Shown in pieces: positions 13,729-26,235 of a stretch of DNA of 64,000 nt (the first letter of the stretch is position 1; each line of letters begins with the position of its first letter). The position numbers and the translations under genes were made by a program. The stretch covers positions 83,826,001-83,890,000 of the forward strand of contig NC_045696.1 in assembly GCF_009834535.1 (NCBI RefSeq). The letters are read 5' to 3'. This DNA is from Camelus ferus. Lineage: Eukaryota. A model generated the notes under the pieces. That model was given only the letters and a program-made list of their open reading frames with translations. It did no database searches and was not told where the DNA came from.

Positions 13729-13884
13729 TTCCATTTCTTTTTTTTTAATTTTATTTTTTAATTGAAGTGTAGTTGATTTACAATGTTAGTTTCAGGTGTA
13801 TAGCAAAGTGATTCAGTTATACATGTACATACATGTATATATATGCATATATTTTCAGATTCTTTTCCATGACAAGAGTTTATT
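13729..13884 (-). mobile_element. 5'-truncated young L1 3' end inserted into an L2 fragment
   Basis: Poly-T then attgaagtgtagttgatttacaatgttagtttcaggtgtatagcaaagtgattcagttatac. TSD tcagagaggattttttt (13712-13728 / 13885-13901). Confidence 0.8.
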
Positions 13885-15212
13885 TCAGAGAGGATTTTTT
13901 TGACCACTACTTCCCAATGAGGATTTCTGTGATAGTTGAGAGTTTATTTAGCTGTTCTCTTACAGTATCTACCTAAAGGCCAATTAAGTTTTCTATGATA
14001 ATTTATTAGCAAGGTTCCATCGGCCTTTACAGTATATCCACGTTTTAAATGGCAGCTATAAACAACAAATGCATATACACACTGCAGTGATTACCTCTAA
14101 AGAGAATTCTGGGTTTGAAGGTCAAAATTTTAGCTGTATTGTTTAAATTTTTCAAATAAATAAGTGCACTGTTTAAATTTTTAAAGAGTAGAATGTATCA
14201 TTATATATAAATAATTAAAATTAATTAAAAAAAAAAAAGAGCACTATCCTGGGAAACCATCTTCTATTTTCCTATCTTCCGCTAATAGGTTATAACCTTG
14301 GGCAAATTATTTCTCTTTCTGGACTTCCCTTTCCTTTTTGAAAGTTTGGAGTTTGGACCAGACCCTCCCTGAAGCTCCTTCCCATCCCTAATTCTATCAT
14401 TCTGTGACATAGAAGATCAATCTGTGGAACAAAAGAGGCATCAGGAGATCCCAACAAACAGGTTTTAAACTCAGTCTCATTTTTGGAAGATTGTCTGAAA
14501 TCTTCGCAAACAATTTGATCACTTCAAAAACAAAAATATCGGCATCTTACTCTGTTATAAAACAGCTGATTTATTCTTTTAGTGCTCCCAATGCTTATCC
14601 TTCGCAGTTAAACCTTCAGTCCTCTGCCTAAACACGACTTGTTCCAGTTGGAATCAGAAGCTAGAGTAATGGCAGCCCCATACATTGGTAGTGATCAGGT
14701 TAATTGCAGGAACTGTTTCAATGCAGTGGCTCAGTCAGCTGAGTCATTTTCAGCACCAAGAAGTCACAGCTCATGTCCTTCACTGGTGAAAGTTTTTTTC
14801 CAAGATAGCTCTGTTCAGACCCAACTTGCTGCCCCAGGTCGTCAAAACTTTTGGCTTACTGCATTGTTCAAAGTATTCTAGATTGCATCATAAAGTTGTT
14901 GATAAGGATTGTGGCTCAACATTTGATTTAAAAAAAAAAAAACCCAGTTTCATTCCCAACTATTTTAAACTTTTTCCAAAGTTCAGCAATATCAGGATAA
15001 AATAAAGGTTAGAAAATAAGTAAGATGTCATGATGAAGAGAAAGGGTGGGGAAAGAGATGGAGAGCCCAAATACCACTATTTTCAGAGAAACTTCTAAAG
15101 ATGTGCTTAAAGTTCTGTTTATACTGGCAACTGCCCTTAAAAAAATTTTTTTAAGTGCCAAAATTTAATCAATGAAGGAAATAAGCTTTTTTTCTGATTT
15201 TTAAGCTCTCAC

Positions 15213-15331
15213 CGTGCAGTCCTCCCAGTTTTCTTGCAACCATGTTTCCCATTTGTTTTTTTCAAGGAATCTTTTCTGTGGGGGCAAGGAACACTCCTCC
15301 TGTCTGAAGAGCAACTCTTCTGCAGAGGGTC
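15213..15331 (-). CDS. Coding exon of LRR gene ((G)PSAEELLFRQEECSLPPQKRFLEKNKWETWLQENWEDCT)
   Basis: Acceptor ctttgtgatttctgaccAG, donor ACG|gtgaga. 119 nt, phase 1 to 0, in frame with the next exon to form the first [14 protein letters not shown]. An in-frame TGA just upstream of the acceptor bounds the exon. Confidence 0.82.
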
Positions 15332-17111
15332 CTGGTCAGAAATCACAAAGTGAGATCTTGGAAGTAGGTTTAGGACAGGACTGATATCCTCACTGGATAC
15401 TTTGCCAGTTGTTTTAAACTACCACTCAGTATCAGGATTGAAGGAGACAGGCTTGGACTCTTATGCCCAAACAGTGTGAGCAGAAACAAAATATGACTTA
15501 CATGATTTAACACACTCCTGCCCACCTAACAGGGGTGAGGGAGAGACGTGGACTGAAAAGGATCCAGGACCTGACCACTTTGTACACTTACTAATTGTTG
15601 AAAATCATTTTTTCCTGAAATTTGCTGAATTTCCTCTCACGTCTTCCAAACAAAATAAAGCTGAACGTTTGCTTTATTTGGTGCAGGTATGACAATAATA
15701 AATTAATCAAAAGATGATTATTAAATATTTAAACCACTTAGTTCCTTTGTTTCTCTTCCTGCTTCAGGAAGCCTTGTGGCCATCTCTGATGGGCTTACTT
15801 CCTAGGCTTTCTCATCACCAGATGAGTTATACAAGAGAGGAAATAGCAAACAAATCAGCAACTTTATTTCTTTTTTATCTTTTTTTTTAATTTACAGTAA
15901 AGTGAATATAGTTAGAAAAAAATTAAGTTTGCAGATTATTTTAACTTAAATCGTTCACAGTTTTGCAGCCTGTGGTCTAGGTCTCTACAGGTGACCAAAA
16001 GTCAACTTTAGCTTAAATTCTCACCTACAGATTTCTTTTTAAATGCAGTTTAGCACTTTACTAGGAAAAATGTGATAGTTACAATATGTAATATCTGTAT
16101 TTTTTTTATTAGCCTCTCTTGAATTCTGGGCAGATATTTTGAGGTTCAGAGATAATTTGATAATTTTCTAGAGTGATTAAAAGGGAGGACTGACCTCTAT
16201 TAACTGTGAGAAAAAGTCAACATGTAGAGTTAACCTTTAATCCTGCATCAGTTACTTCTAGCCCAGGCAAATGAGAAAAATCAGCAGTAAAGTGACTTTA
16301 ATCTTTATATAATTTTCTCTTTAGGGATCATGAAGTCACTCCTGATTTCCTTTCTCTTTTGTCTCTCAATTCAATTAGCCCCCTAGACCTTTCAGTTTCC
16401 CCCTTGAGAATCTGTGCCTTCCTTTTCAGTGTCCAGACCTTCATATCTTCTTACCTGAACTGGAACTACTTTCTCTTGGATCTCCTGGTTTGTAATCTTC
16501 TCTTCTTCAACGTGAATGACACAAATTGCCATCCAGCTCTCCCAAAACACAGCTTTTACCATAGGACTCACATATTCAGAACATTTCAGAAATCTCTTAT
16601 TGCTTATTACTAAGTAAAGGGGGAAAAGCCTTGTTTGTCAAGCAACATTTTCTATGATCTTATCCCAATCTCCATTTTCAAACTCATTTCCCATTATTTT
16701 CCAACCCTATCGTCCTCCAGATCAGGATTGCACAAAACTTCCAGGGCTAGGGAAAAAACATCTTGTTTCCAGTCTGGAGTTAAGTAATAGGCAGTTGTGT
16801 GACTCTAGATGATTAATTTTAATTTTCTGACCTTCAGTGTTCCATGTCTGCAAAAATATGGGGAAGATTAGAATCAAGGGCCCATCAGGGGCTGAATTTG
16901 GTGAGAAGATAATGCTTTATAAAAACACTGATTCCTGATACTTTTAGACCAAAATATGCTTTCTGATTGCCACAGACCCCTACACTTACCATGCTACCTC
17001 AGGCAATCTTCACTCTGTTCTGACGCCAGCCAAGCCCCTGACAACAATCCTAAACTAAATGATTTCAATTTCCTCCCGACTCCAACATAATTGCATTTCT
17101 AGGAGTCATAC

Positions 17112-18536
17112 CTGGCACCATTTGTACACACTCCCCCCCAGCTCTATTTTTCTGGAATTCATGATTCCCATCATTTCAAGGGTGAAAAGTTTGAAAGTAA
17201 CAAACTTAGCTTCCGTAGAAAGTTTGTCTGAACTGTGATGGGACATAATGAGTCCAGTTGTGAAGTAATTATGGACGACCATAAGAGAAGGAGTCCAATA
17301 TTTCATTATTTTGACAAAAACATCAGTTCTTTCATCAGGTGCAGGTGGGAGCTAAGGCTCTAACCTGCCCATTCAGGCGTTTCTCTCATAACAAACTGCA
17401 GTGTTGTCACCCAAGAAATCACTTACCCCTGAAGGTGGTGGTATCCCAACAACTCTACAAATAAAATATCCTTGTGCTGGGAAATTATCTTCTTCATTGA
17501 TTAGGATGATGGAAGTTAAAACTTACAGAACTGGAAAAACTGGATCCAATCATCTGATTGACTGGGGAGACCTTGGGCTCTATTGTCTTTAAACCCCGCT
17601 AAAGTTGGTAGCTTTTTTGTGCAGTAGATACCCCAGTTATTAAACTCTGCCCTGTATTGTTTGTTTGAGTTCCATCGATCTTTTGCTCTTTCAATTATTT
17701 CTTTTTAAAGCAGCTTTCAAAGATTTCTTTGAAGTTGGAACCCAAAGGTCACTTCCACTGCGAGGGGTTGTATTAAATTGGACTCTAAGAAAAACAAAAC
17801 TCAGGCTCGGTTGGTAATTGAAGATACCTCTGAGCAGCCGAGAACTAAGGTCTGTAATACCTGACAGCCAGGCACATGGGCTTTCGCCGGCCCTCTCTCA
17901 GCGTGTCCTTTGTCCCCTCACTGGATTTGTAACTCCTAACAGCAGTGACTGAATTAACTTGCTGGGGGATTTTCAAACAGAAGGAATCTATTCTTTAAAA
18001 AATTCTGCCAACAGTTTGCTCTTTCACTTCATTTAATTGGGAGGAGTTAAGTCTGTCTTGATCTGGCAATCAAAGCCTTGGGAAATTGCTGTTTATCACA
18101 CACCAGCTAGCCTTTCTTTTCTTAGGAACTTGTCCTAGGTATACAGTTGGGGCAATTGAGATCAACTGAAGTAGTTTTGATGGGTGTTTCAGGATCTAAT
18201 CTTTGAAGGAGGGTCATTCTTATCAGAATGCTTTTGAAATGCACTTGTTCTCCAGCTCACAAAAGCATTTAAAGGAAATGTAGGGCAAGAGCAAGGGACA
18301 TCTGTTTTCCTCGTGGTTTGAGGTGATGGGATTTTCCGCTGCTTCTCATCCCCTGGATCATGCTCCATTCCTTCTGTGACCAGTCACTTGCGAGGGGTTG
18401 AGTGTGTTAATAATGATCTATGGAAGCAAAATGTGCCTTATCTCTGCAGAGCAATGGTAGCTCTGCATGAATGGCCGCTGTGGTCATCATGAGGGATCAG
18501 TTTCACCAAGTGACAACTCAGCACATGACTTGGCTG
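17112..18536 (-). pseudogene. Large decayed (multi-stop) symmetric phase-1 exon of the LRR gene; its last 10 nt (ATG GTG CCA G, 17121-17112) could provide an alternative start
   Basis: Donor CAG|gtatga at 17111. NAGNAG acceptor after cctctctccttccctgatttaAG cAG (exon start 18536 or 18533; lengths 1425/1422 are multiples of 3). Alternative acceptor gttttgtttttcttAG at 17785. No interspersed repeats recognised and composition is exon-like, but all three frames contain stops. Confidence 0.55.
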
Positions 18537-18735
18537 CTTAAATCAGGGAAGGAGAGAGGCCACTGGACTTCTTTTTACATCTGCTTATTCTCAGTTTACT
18601 GCTACATTTTATTCTCCTGTCACCTCCTTCAGTGTCTTGAGTTCTGCAGTTCTCTCTAAACCTCAACTTTCTACCTGTGCTCCAAATACAATTCTTTTTG
18701 CCTTGCTGTGGCTGCCACAGTTATCGACCACTCCC

Positions 18736-18737
<2 letters not shown>

Positions 18738-18789
<52 letters not shown>
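18738..18789. repeat. (CA)26 microsatellite
   Basis: Directly visible. Confidence 0.97.
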
Positions 18790-18791
<2 letters not shown>

Positions 18792-18873
18792 AATGCCAAC
18801 ACCCTTCTTTTCTCAATTTTTTCACTTCCTATCCAAATTTGTTCCTTCCCTGCGTCTCCCCGAGTCCCCTAAA

Positions 18874-19063
18874 TCAGTGTTTCTCATAGGATGGCCCTCG
18901 GATCATCTGCAACAGAATTTAATGTGATAATTTTAACAAATGTAGATTCCTGGGCCCCACTCCATGCTAACTACATCAGGGTCTTTGGGCATGTGGCCTG
19001 GGAATCTGTATTTTCCACACAATTCCAGGTAATTTGTTCACAAATGGAAGTTTAAGAGCCAAC
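18874..19063 (+). mobile_element. MER5-like hAT-Charlie element
   Basis: cagtgtttctca start; aaatgtagattcctgggccccac; gcctgggaatctgtatttt; aagtttaagagccaact end. Confidence 0.7.
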
Positions 19064-20419
19064 TAAACTCTGCCTTCTGTAGTCCCTGACGTAGCCCTCT
19101 CTTTCTTTTGCTGGTGAACTTTGTACATGTGACACACATGGCTGTTTCTTCCTCTGGTCTCCTTCCTTCCTAATTCCTCAGAATTTCTTGCTCTTTGAAA
19201 AATATTCTCTCTAAAATCCCCAAAGGGAAGCTCTAATTTACCTCTAGTAGTACTATTTAATAATATTTTAAAAATAGGAGCCATTGTTCAGCTGTAAATA
19301 AATCTGACAGAGTTAAAACATAACACATTTAACTCAGAGCTTTAGAAAATGATGTTACTTTAATCACTTCGTCAACTGAGTTTCAGTGAAAGAAGAAAGG
19401 TATTGCATAGGTAACGGAATGCAATTAAGAGGGAGAAATAGGTAGATGAATGTATCTGAAGCAACTTTTCTTAAATCAATATTACAGTTGTACGATAGAC
19501 AATGTAACTGCACCTCGGATGTAAGGTAGCCAAGACAGCTGATGTGTTATAAAGACTAAATATCCACTGCAGCAGGAATTCTGTCTAAGATTATTTCACC
19601 AGCTTATGGAGGTTGCAAAAGAGAAATGCACATTCTCTGTTCTTACAGAATTTATAATCTACTGAAGCTACTTACAGAAATCAAGCATTAGGTGTATCAG
19701 GCCTACAGATAAAAATTCCTCAGACTGTCACACTAGTACACTTGTAAATCTGATAGGATAAAAAAGGATTGGTAAAACATTGGTTATTCTACCAAATTTA
19801 AAATGCTTAGTGAAAATATAAAATGAGACTACCTGGTTTATTTAGATTCTCTTTTTATGCTTTCTGAAAAACCAGTGTAGGATTAATCAGCTTAAAGTCA
19901 TCCATTGAAGTGATAGGGTTATTCATGATCATAAAATTCCAACAAAGATCATTGGTTAAATAAATTTAATAATACCCTCATGATGGAAAGATATGCAACT
20001 TCTAAAAAACTTGTTTTGGGTAATGTTTAACAACATGGAGGGAAGAAAGGCTCACAATATCAAGATAAGTGAAAAAACTCAAAATTGTTCACAAGATTTT
20101 GTACAGAATTATGTGCTTTTCAAAAAAAAGACTGGAAATAAAAATCACAGTGACCATCTCTGGATAATTGAATTATAGGTTCTTCTTTCTGTCTCAATTT
20201 TCCAGTATTTAATTCTGAACATTTATTATTTATATAATCAGCTAAAAGAATATGCTTTTAAAGGTGGTTTCACTATATTAACAAGTCTATGGTCTTGAAA
20301 AAGGAAATATTTCTACTTCCAAGTTGTATCGTCCCCCCCCCCCCCAGGTAATGTCTTTTAATCCACAAGAAGTCTACTCAGAACATGTACACAGAGACCA
20401 CACACGATTGTTCCTTTAC

Positions 20420-20513
20420 CTTCTCTTACTCTCGGGCAACGCAGTTGACTTCCTTGAATGTCATTTTGTTCTACTTTGTGCCAAGTGAGGTACTTAAAAG
20501 AATCTGATGGAAG
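20420..20513 (-). CDS. Probable coding exon (LPSDSFKYLTWHKVEQNDIQGSQLRCPRVRE-G)
   Basis: Lies inside ORF 20358..20543. Acceptor atttctcttatctctcattttaaAG, donor AAG|gtaaag. 94 nt, phase 0 to 1, compatible with both neighbours (22585 phase 0; 15331 phase 1). Confidence 0.65.
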
Positions 20514-22584
20514 CTTTAAAATGAGAGATAAGAGAAATATCATCTAACAATATACAGTCATTTACTTTAATGTGTACAAGTAATGCAAACCCATACCAAA
20601 CATTCAGCCAGACTGCACTCCAAGTACCTACAAGTGTGCTCATAGAAGTCATCTCAGTCCAATCTAAATTACATATTCTTACTCAGCTTTGCATTTCCAA
20701 CACCTGCAGCTGATCTACAGTTGACGATAAATGACAGCAGAAATAACGTATCCATTCACAAATCCACTTTACACCACCTCTGATAAACTGTCCTTTGTGT
20801 TTACAGAATACCTCCTGAAGAATCTCATTCCATCTTAAATAGTTGTAGTTGTTAAAGGCTCTTCATTATATGGACCCCAAATAATCCCCTCTAACTTGTT
20901 CCAATTGTACAAATTCTGCCTTTGAGGCTACACAGAAGGAGCCCTCCACATGTGGCTATTTTAAGTGTTTGATAACAGTTGTCATCCTCTTTGTCACTTA
21001 ATTATTACTCACAGATCATGATTTATAAATTATTAAATATCCAGGAAAAATGTGGTTCTCCTTGGGAAGAGTTCCAATTTTTTGATACTGCTCTTAAAAT
21101 ATGTAGCCAGCAAAAAACAACCAACCAACCAAATAAACAAATGTAGCCAGTATTGAATAAAATATTTCAGGTCTGGTCATCTTCCTTGTTCTGGGCAGTA
21201 TATTACTGACCAGAATATGTGCTAAGATCACATCTGGGCAGTTTATGTTGTTTACTATTACTGAAGTTGTAGTCAGTCAGAATTCTCAGTATCTTACATA
21301 GCTTGTGATAGTTTCAAGGTTAACACAAACAAAAAGGGATATTAATTAACACTTAAGCAGCTCTTTGACATAATCTGGAGATTTGCTAACGTACTTTCAA
21401 GGAGTTCTTCAGAACTGTTTTTTAAAAAAACAAGAAGCACAGTACATTTTAGATTATTGAAAAATATAGTCCCTGGCCTATTCTTGGTTATTCAGTTTAC
21501 ATGTTTATGGAAGCTTCTTTCCCAACCTGTTATGTGCTTTTGGAATTTTTTTGCTTGCTTCTATCATAGAATAAAAATTTCTTAGAAGTTAAATTCGCTG
21601 GAGTTGCCACACCCCGTTGCCTTTTTGTGCTATTTAATGAGGCTCTTGCTGGGGAAAAGAGAATCTAAGCTAAAGCTGCATTTGAGAACAAAGTTTCCAT
21701 CTTTCAACTGACATCTAATTTTGTACAAAATCTGCCTTTTTTTTTAAGGAGTTATGTAGTTGATTTGAGAGTTTCTGACACTGTAGGAAAATGAACCATT
21801 GCATTTCTTTGTTTCTATCCATGTAAGGCTGTCAATGTGTTGCTGTTGTGACTGTTTTTTCTTCTTAAAGGAATTGTGAATATTTGTATCTTACCCTGTT
21901 CTTTCTTCCTCTTTAATTCCGATGGACCAATTGATTAATCCATTGGTTCAATAAATATTTTTGAAGCCAGTGTGCTTCATCTCAGTTCATTCATTTGTTC
22001 AAAAATATATATTGTACCCCTGCTATGTGTCAGGCATCCTGTCAGACACTGAGGATATGAGGTTAAGTAAAATATGGCATTTGTGCGTGAAAAACTCATT
22101 TTCTGTAATTTGGGAGGCAGACATATAAGTAACTCATCTTGATTCAGGAGGATAAGTGGAAAATTTTTGAATGAAAGAAAAGAGGAAAAAGCGCATGTGA
22201 TTCCACTTAGATGGGTTAGAGAAAAGTCTTGGAAGTAATGAGTTTTGGAGGAGAAAATTTTATCTTGTGGACAAAGGGCATCCCAGAAAGGAAGAAGATA
22301 AATCTTAGACTGGAGACATCAGTGGGGTAAAGGAAGGGGCGCCATTTTTGTTTCTCTGGTCATTATCTTTTCTACTCATCTCATCGCCTTCATATTCCTT
22401 CCTCCACCTCAGCTTCTTTCTATTTTCTCTCTGAGTGGGACTGAGAGAATCACCCTTTCATTTTCCCCTCAATTACAAAGATAGGTTTTAAAAGTTTACA
22501 CACTTATTAAAAAATGTTAAAATGTATAGTAAAATATATTTTTTAAACTTATCATTATGTAAAGGGCTAATTAAAAATATTTAC

Positions 22585-22729
22585 CAGGGATGATATCCCA
22601 GAATCTGAACGTGAGTAAAATGTTCTGTTCCTTGAGAGAGCCGACCTAGTGTGTGATTCACTCAGATCGGAGCCGTAGGATGAATTAGATGGACAGATCT
22701 CCTGACTGCTTGTGTTTTGACCTGAGGAG
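22585..22729 (-). CDS. Probable Ser-rich coding exon (SSGQNTSSQEICPSNSSYGSDLSESHTRSALSRNRTFYSRSDSGISSL)
   Basis: Lies inside ORF 22567..22797. Acceptor ttttttcactcAG, donor CTG|gtaaat. 145 nt, phase 2 to 0. GC/CpG-richer than its AT-rich flanks. Confidence 0.7.
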
Positions 22730-22879
22730 CTGAGTGAAAAAAAATACTTAAAGTCTTTAAATGTAAATTCCATTGTATAAAACAAAAATAACAACAAATT
22801 ATATGCAGCGACTTTTCCAGTTAGAGGAGAGATAAACGATACCCTAGGAATTCTGTCGTAGTCCTAAGCACATTTACAT

Positions 22880-24999
22880 GGCTAATAGTCATTTAGACAA
22901 ATTTCCCCCCCAAAGTAAGGGTGTCTGCATTGACTGCATGGCTAAGAAGAGTAAATCTAATGGCACACACAAATACATGCTTATAGGGTATGAATGAGGA
23001 AGTCAGCCCTAATAATAGATTATCACTCCTAATAGAGGTACTACTGCAGATCTGCCACAAACAAGCATCCTTAAACTCCCTACTGGTCTCCCCATTAATC
23101 TAGACCTTAAATTTTCCCTGAAATTTCCCCCAGACCTCTTATGTATCCTCAAATTGGTGGCAAACAAAAAGTCAGGTTCATTAATCAATTTTACTTCTCT
23201 GAAATACTACAGAAACATTTCACTTAACAACGGTTCAGGTCTCTATTGCTGTTGTTATGCCACTGAGATATAAAATGTCATTTTTGCTCCCCTAGACTAA
23301 TTCTCCAGTTTATTATTCATTGTGATCCTTGCACTTTTCCCTTTCTCCAGCAATAGTTATGTTTCTCTTTCTTTAATTGGTTCTATACATTGTTTTAAGC
23401 CAATTTAAAAATAACACCTGAAGATGTTTTTCATGTAAAGTATAAAAAATCATGTCTATTTCTGGCCTCCTTTTCCTCTTGATAGATCATTTTTCAGGCT
23501 CCAAGAATCTTGAGACAGCATTCTATATTTTATGGCACAGTTATTATGTAGCTCTATAGCAATTTTGCTTACAAGAAACTGACACATCTCTTGTATATTG
23601 AGATTTCCTTCATGAAGTGCAATAGAAATGTCTTTCATTTTTCATTTATTAACTGATGTGCTACAGTAGAAGAGCATGGCCATTATATCATATTCTAAAA
23701 ATAGCACCACTGTACCATTGGGAAAATAAAACAACTAGGCCCTATTATCAAGGAGAAAATTATTTCTCCACCTGCCACTAAATAACAAATCCAGAATTTG
23801 GTCTCAGTTGTGTGGAAAAGTCAGAAGAATGTATCCCTCTCTGATCTTTCCCACTTGAGCAGCTCTTAATAGGTTGGATATTGTCTCTTGAACTTGCCAA
23901 AGAATATCTTGCCATCGAAACAAATTAACAGACATCAGAAGAACAACATTACATTGTGCAAAATTTATTATTCCCAGAGCAGGTAAATTCTGCCTTCTAT
24001 AGCAAGAGTTTGGGCCAAAAATCAGGGGAAAAAAAATGGGCAAAATGGGATAGTATTTCAGGAGATGAACAAAGGTTGAAAGTCTAACTGACTTTTTTGG
24101 GTTTATTTATCTCTATTAAAATATGCTGGCTGTTTTCTGCGAAAATGAAGTTGGGAAAATAAGGATAATGAACATGACTAAATCTTTCTTCAGTGACTGA
24201 TTTTGTGATTCTAAACTCCAGTGATGTGTACACAGTGAGAGGCTGACTCAATAGAACAACCTGGAAGTCTCCCTCTCTCACTCGTTTTTTAACCTTAAGT
24301 GTAAGAACTGGTCTTATTTTGCTTATAGAATCTCATCAGAGCATAGCACGGGAAAAGGTGAGTTCACGTAACCAAAAGATCTGATAAGGAAGGTCCCGTT
24401 GACTGGGTTTTCACTATATCTTTCTTGTGAATTGCTGGAAGACTAAGTGCAACAGCTTCAAGGTCAAGTTTACAAGTAACTGAAAATTATCTCATCATCT
24501 TAGTTTATATTGGATGATTTGGGGTTTAAACTAGAAGAACTATTTGTGCTGTTATCCTGACTACTACTAGACATTTATTAGTAACAGATGGTAATTAAAA
24601 CTTGGGTAACACAAGTAAGTAAGCAACTAACATCCCCACCATTTCTCTCTGTTCTTCCCCCTTCACACCCCCCGAATGGAATGAACTGAATTTGGTCTAG
24701 AGTTTCAACTAAGTTCTCAGAAGATTCTAACCAGTGGATGATTATCCTAACTCTCTTTCTATGTGAATCTTTTTGTGGTCCCCAGAGTCTGGGTTCCCCC
24801 CCTCACATTCTTATATTCCTCCTGAGCACCACACCAGAGGGCAGTGCTGAAAGGCAGTGTGCTGGGATCTTTTAGTAAAACCTTTGGGGCTTTCTCAAAA
24901 TCTTCTTTGTTCCGTTACTTCTATCATAATGCCATATGCAGTTTTTCTTCGGTCTGCTTCTTTGGGAGAAAGATCAACAAAGTAAGATCATTTCTGATC
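22880..24999 (-). pseudogene. Possible second giant decayed exon of the LRR gene (3' boundary uncertain)
   Basis: Acceptor-like ctatttttttctcgtcttttttgaactaaAG at 25001-25000. About 2 kb without recognisable repeats. Three minus-strand ORF fragments (23456-23638, 23804-24043, 24084-24281) and no plus-strand ones. Stops occur in all frames. No confident donor identified. Confidence 0.35.
24831..24846 (+). promoter_or_regulatory. Candidate CTCF motif
   Basis: ACACCAGAGGGCAGTG, one mismatch to CCACCAGAGGGCAG. Confidence 0.4.
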
Positions 25000-25274
25000 C
25001 TTTAGTTCAAAAAAGACGAGAAAAAAATAGGGCATCTTCCAGGTTATATAACTAACCCAAACTTTACTCCATCTGCCTTAATGTGCATATCACTGAAGTC
25101 AAAATTGTGAGCCCTAGGAATCTACAACAGCTACTGCTGTGACCTCAGGCAAGTTACTTAGCACCTCGGGTGGCTCCTTATCTTTAACATTCAGAAGATA
25201 ATGTGGACTCTGCCTGAGTGAAAAGGTTTTCTGTTCTGTTTTGTAACATTATTGCTATGATGTTACTATTACCA

Positions 25275-25470
25275 ATATAATAATTGTATAATAACATTTA
25301 TTGAATCCTTGCTGTGTGCTAGGCATTGTACTAACAACTTTATATAGATTAACTCATGTAATCATTACAATCACCAAACAGTGAGTAACAGTATTATTTT
25401 GATTTTATAGATGAGGAAACTGAGGCACAGAGAGGTGGCATAACTTGTCCAAGTCACATGAGTAAATGAC
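25275..25470 (-). mobile_element. MIR SINE
   Basis: Core ttttatagatgaggaaactgaggcacagagagg…taacttgtccaagtcaca. Confidence 0.85.
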
Positions 25471-25799
25471 CAAGTGTTCTTAATTTCTAGGATTCAAATA
25501 AGATTCAGATAAGCTTCTGTGACTCTTTAAATAACTGCAAATCTGTATCATTTATTAAGGGGCAGTTGTTATTAAGGAAAATCATTAATATTGATTTTTC
25601 TTATTCTGATTGCTCCACTTAACTAGTGGTTAATAGAACGTGTAAATCTGAGCAGTGACTATTTACTGAAAACAAAAGGTAAGCCTTTACTAGTAGAGCC
25701 TATGAGAACACCATTCCCAATAACATCAAACTGTTTTTAAAACCGTCTATCTCCCCTCCCAAAAAGAAAATAAAATGAGACATGCAGTTTAGTTGGTAT

Positions 25800-26235
25800 A
25801 TTGGCTTACTCATTTTTAATCTTTCTGCCTGCAGTAAACAAACAGTTATCATAAATTACACATCTAAACCCTTATGAAGGAGAGATTAATTTTATTAATG
25901 CCGTAATATAAAACTGCCACAGAGGAGGTGTCCATGGCTAAAACTACAGCATTTGTCAGGAGTGATTTATGGTGTCCTTAAAATCGGTGGCATTATCTGA
26001 ATTGGCCATCTATCCTTGGTTTAAAGAAGTGTTGAATGGCCAACAGGAAGGAATCAGGTGAGCTGAGACTGCAGGATGAAAACAACAGTAATGTAACTTG
26101 TCCATTCACGAGCCCCTTTTGTCAGAAGATTACAATGTCCTTTACAATCACGAATCTGCAAGCCTTATAAATTGTCGGCTGCAGCGGGTGCTGTTTAATT
26201 AAAATGTCAAGTTAGTGATTACATGGCTTTGTAAG
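25800..26235. promoter_or_regulatory. Candidate conserved developmental enhancer (PBX-HOX/MEIS/FOX motifs) in intron 1
   Basis: TGATTTATGG (25963-25972), TGTCA at 25954, 26120 and 26205, GTAAACA at 25834, TTAATTAA at 26195. No repeat recognised in the block. Confidence 0.5.

Noticed and set aside
17106..17306. ORF-track 66-aa ORF as a coding exon
   Set aside because: Its frame ends in phase 0 at the donor, incompatible with the phase-1 acceptor at 15331. It is part of the decayed segment.
17427..17454. 28-nt micro-exon (ttgtAG…GGG|gtaagt) on minus strand
   Set aside because: Good splice motifs, but the length is not frame-preserving between the phase-1 neighbours and there is no other support.
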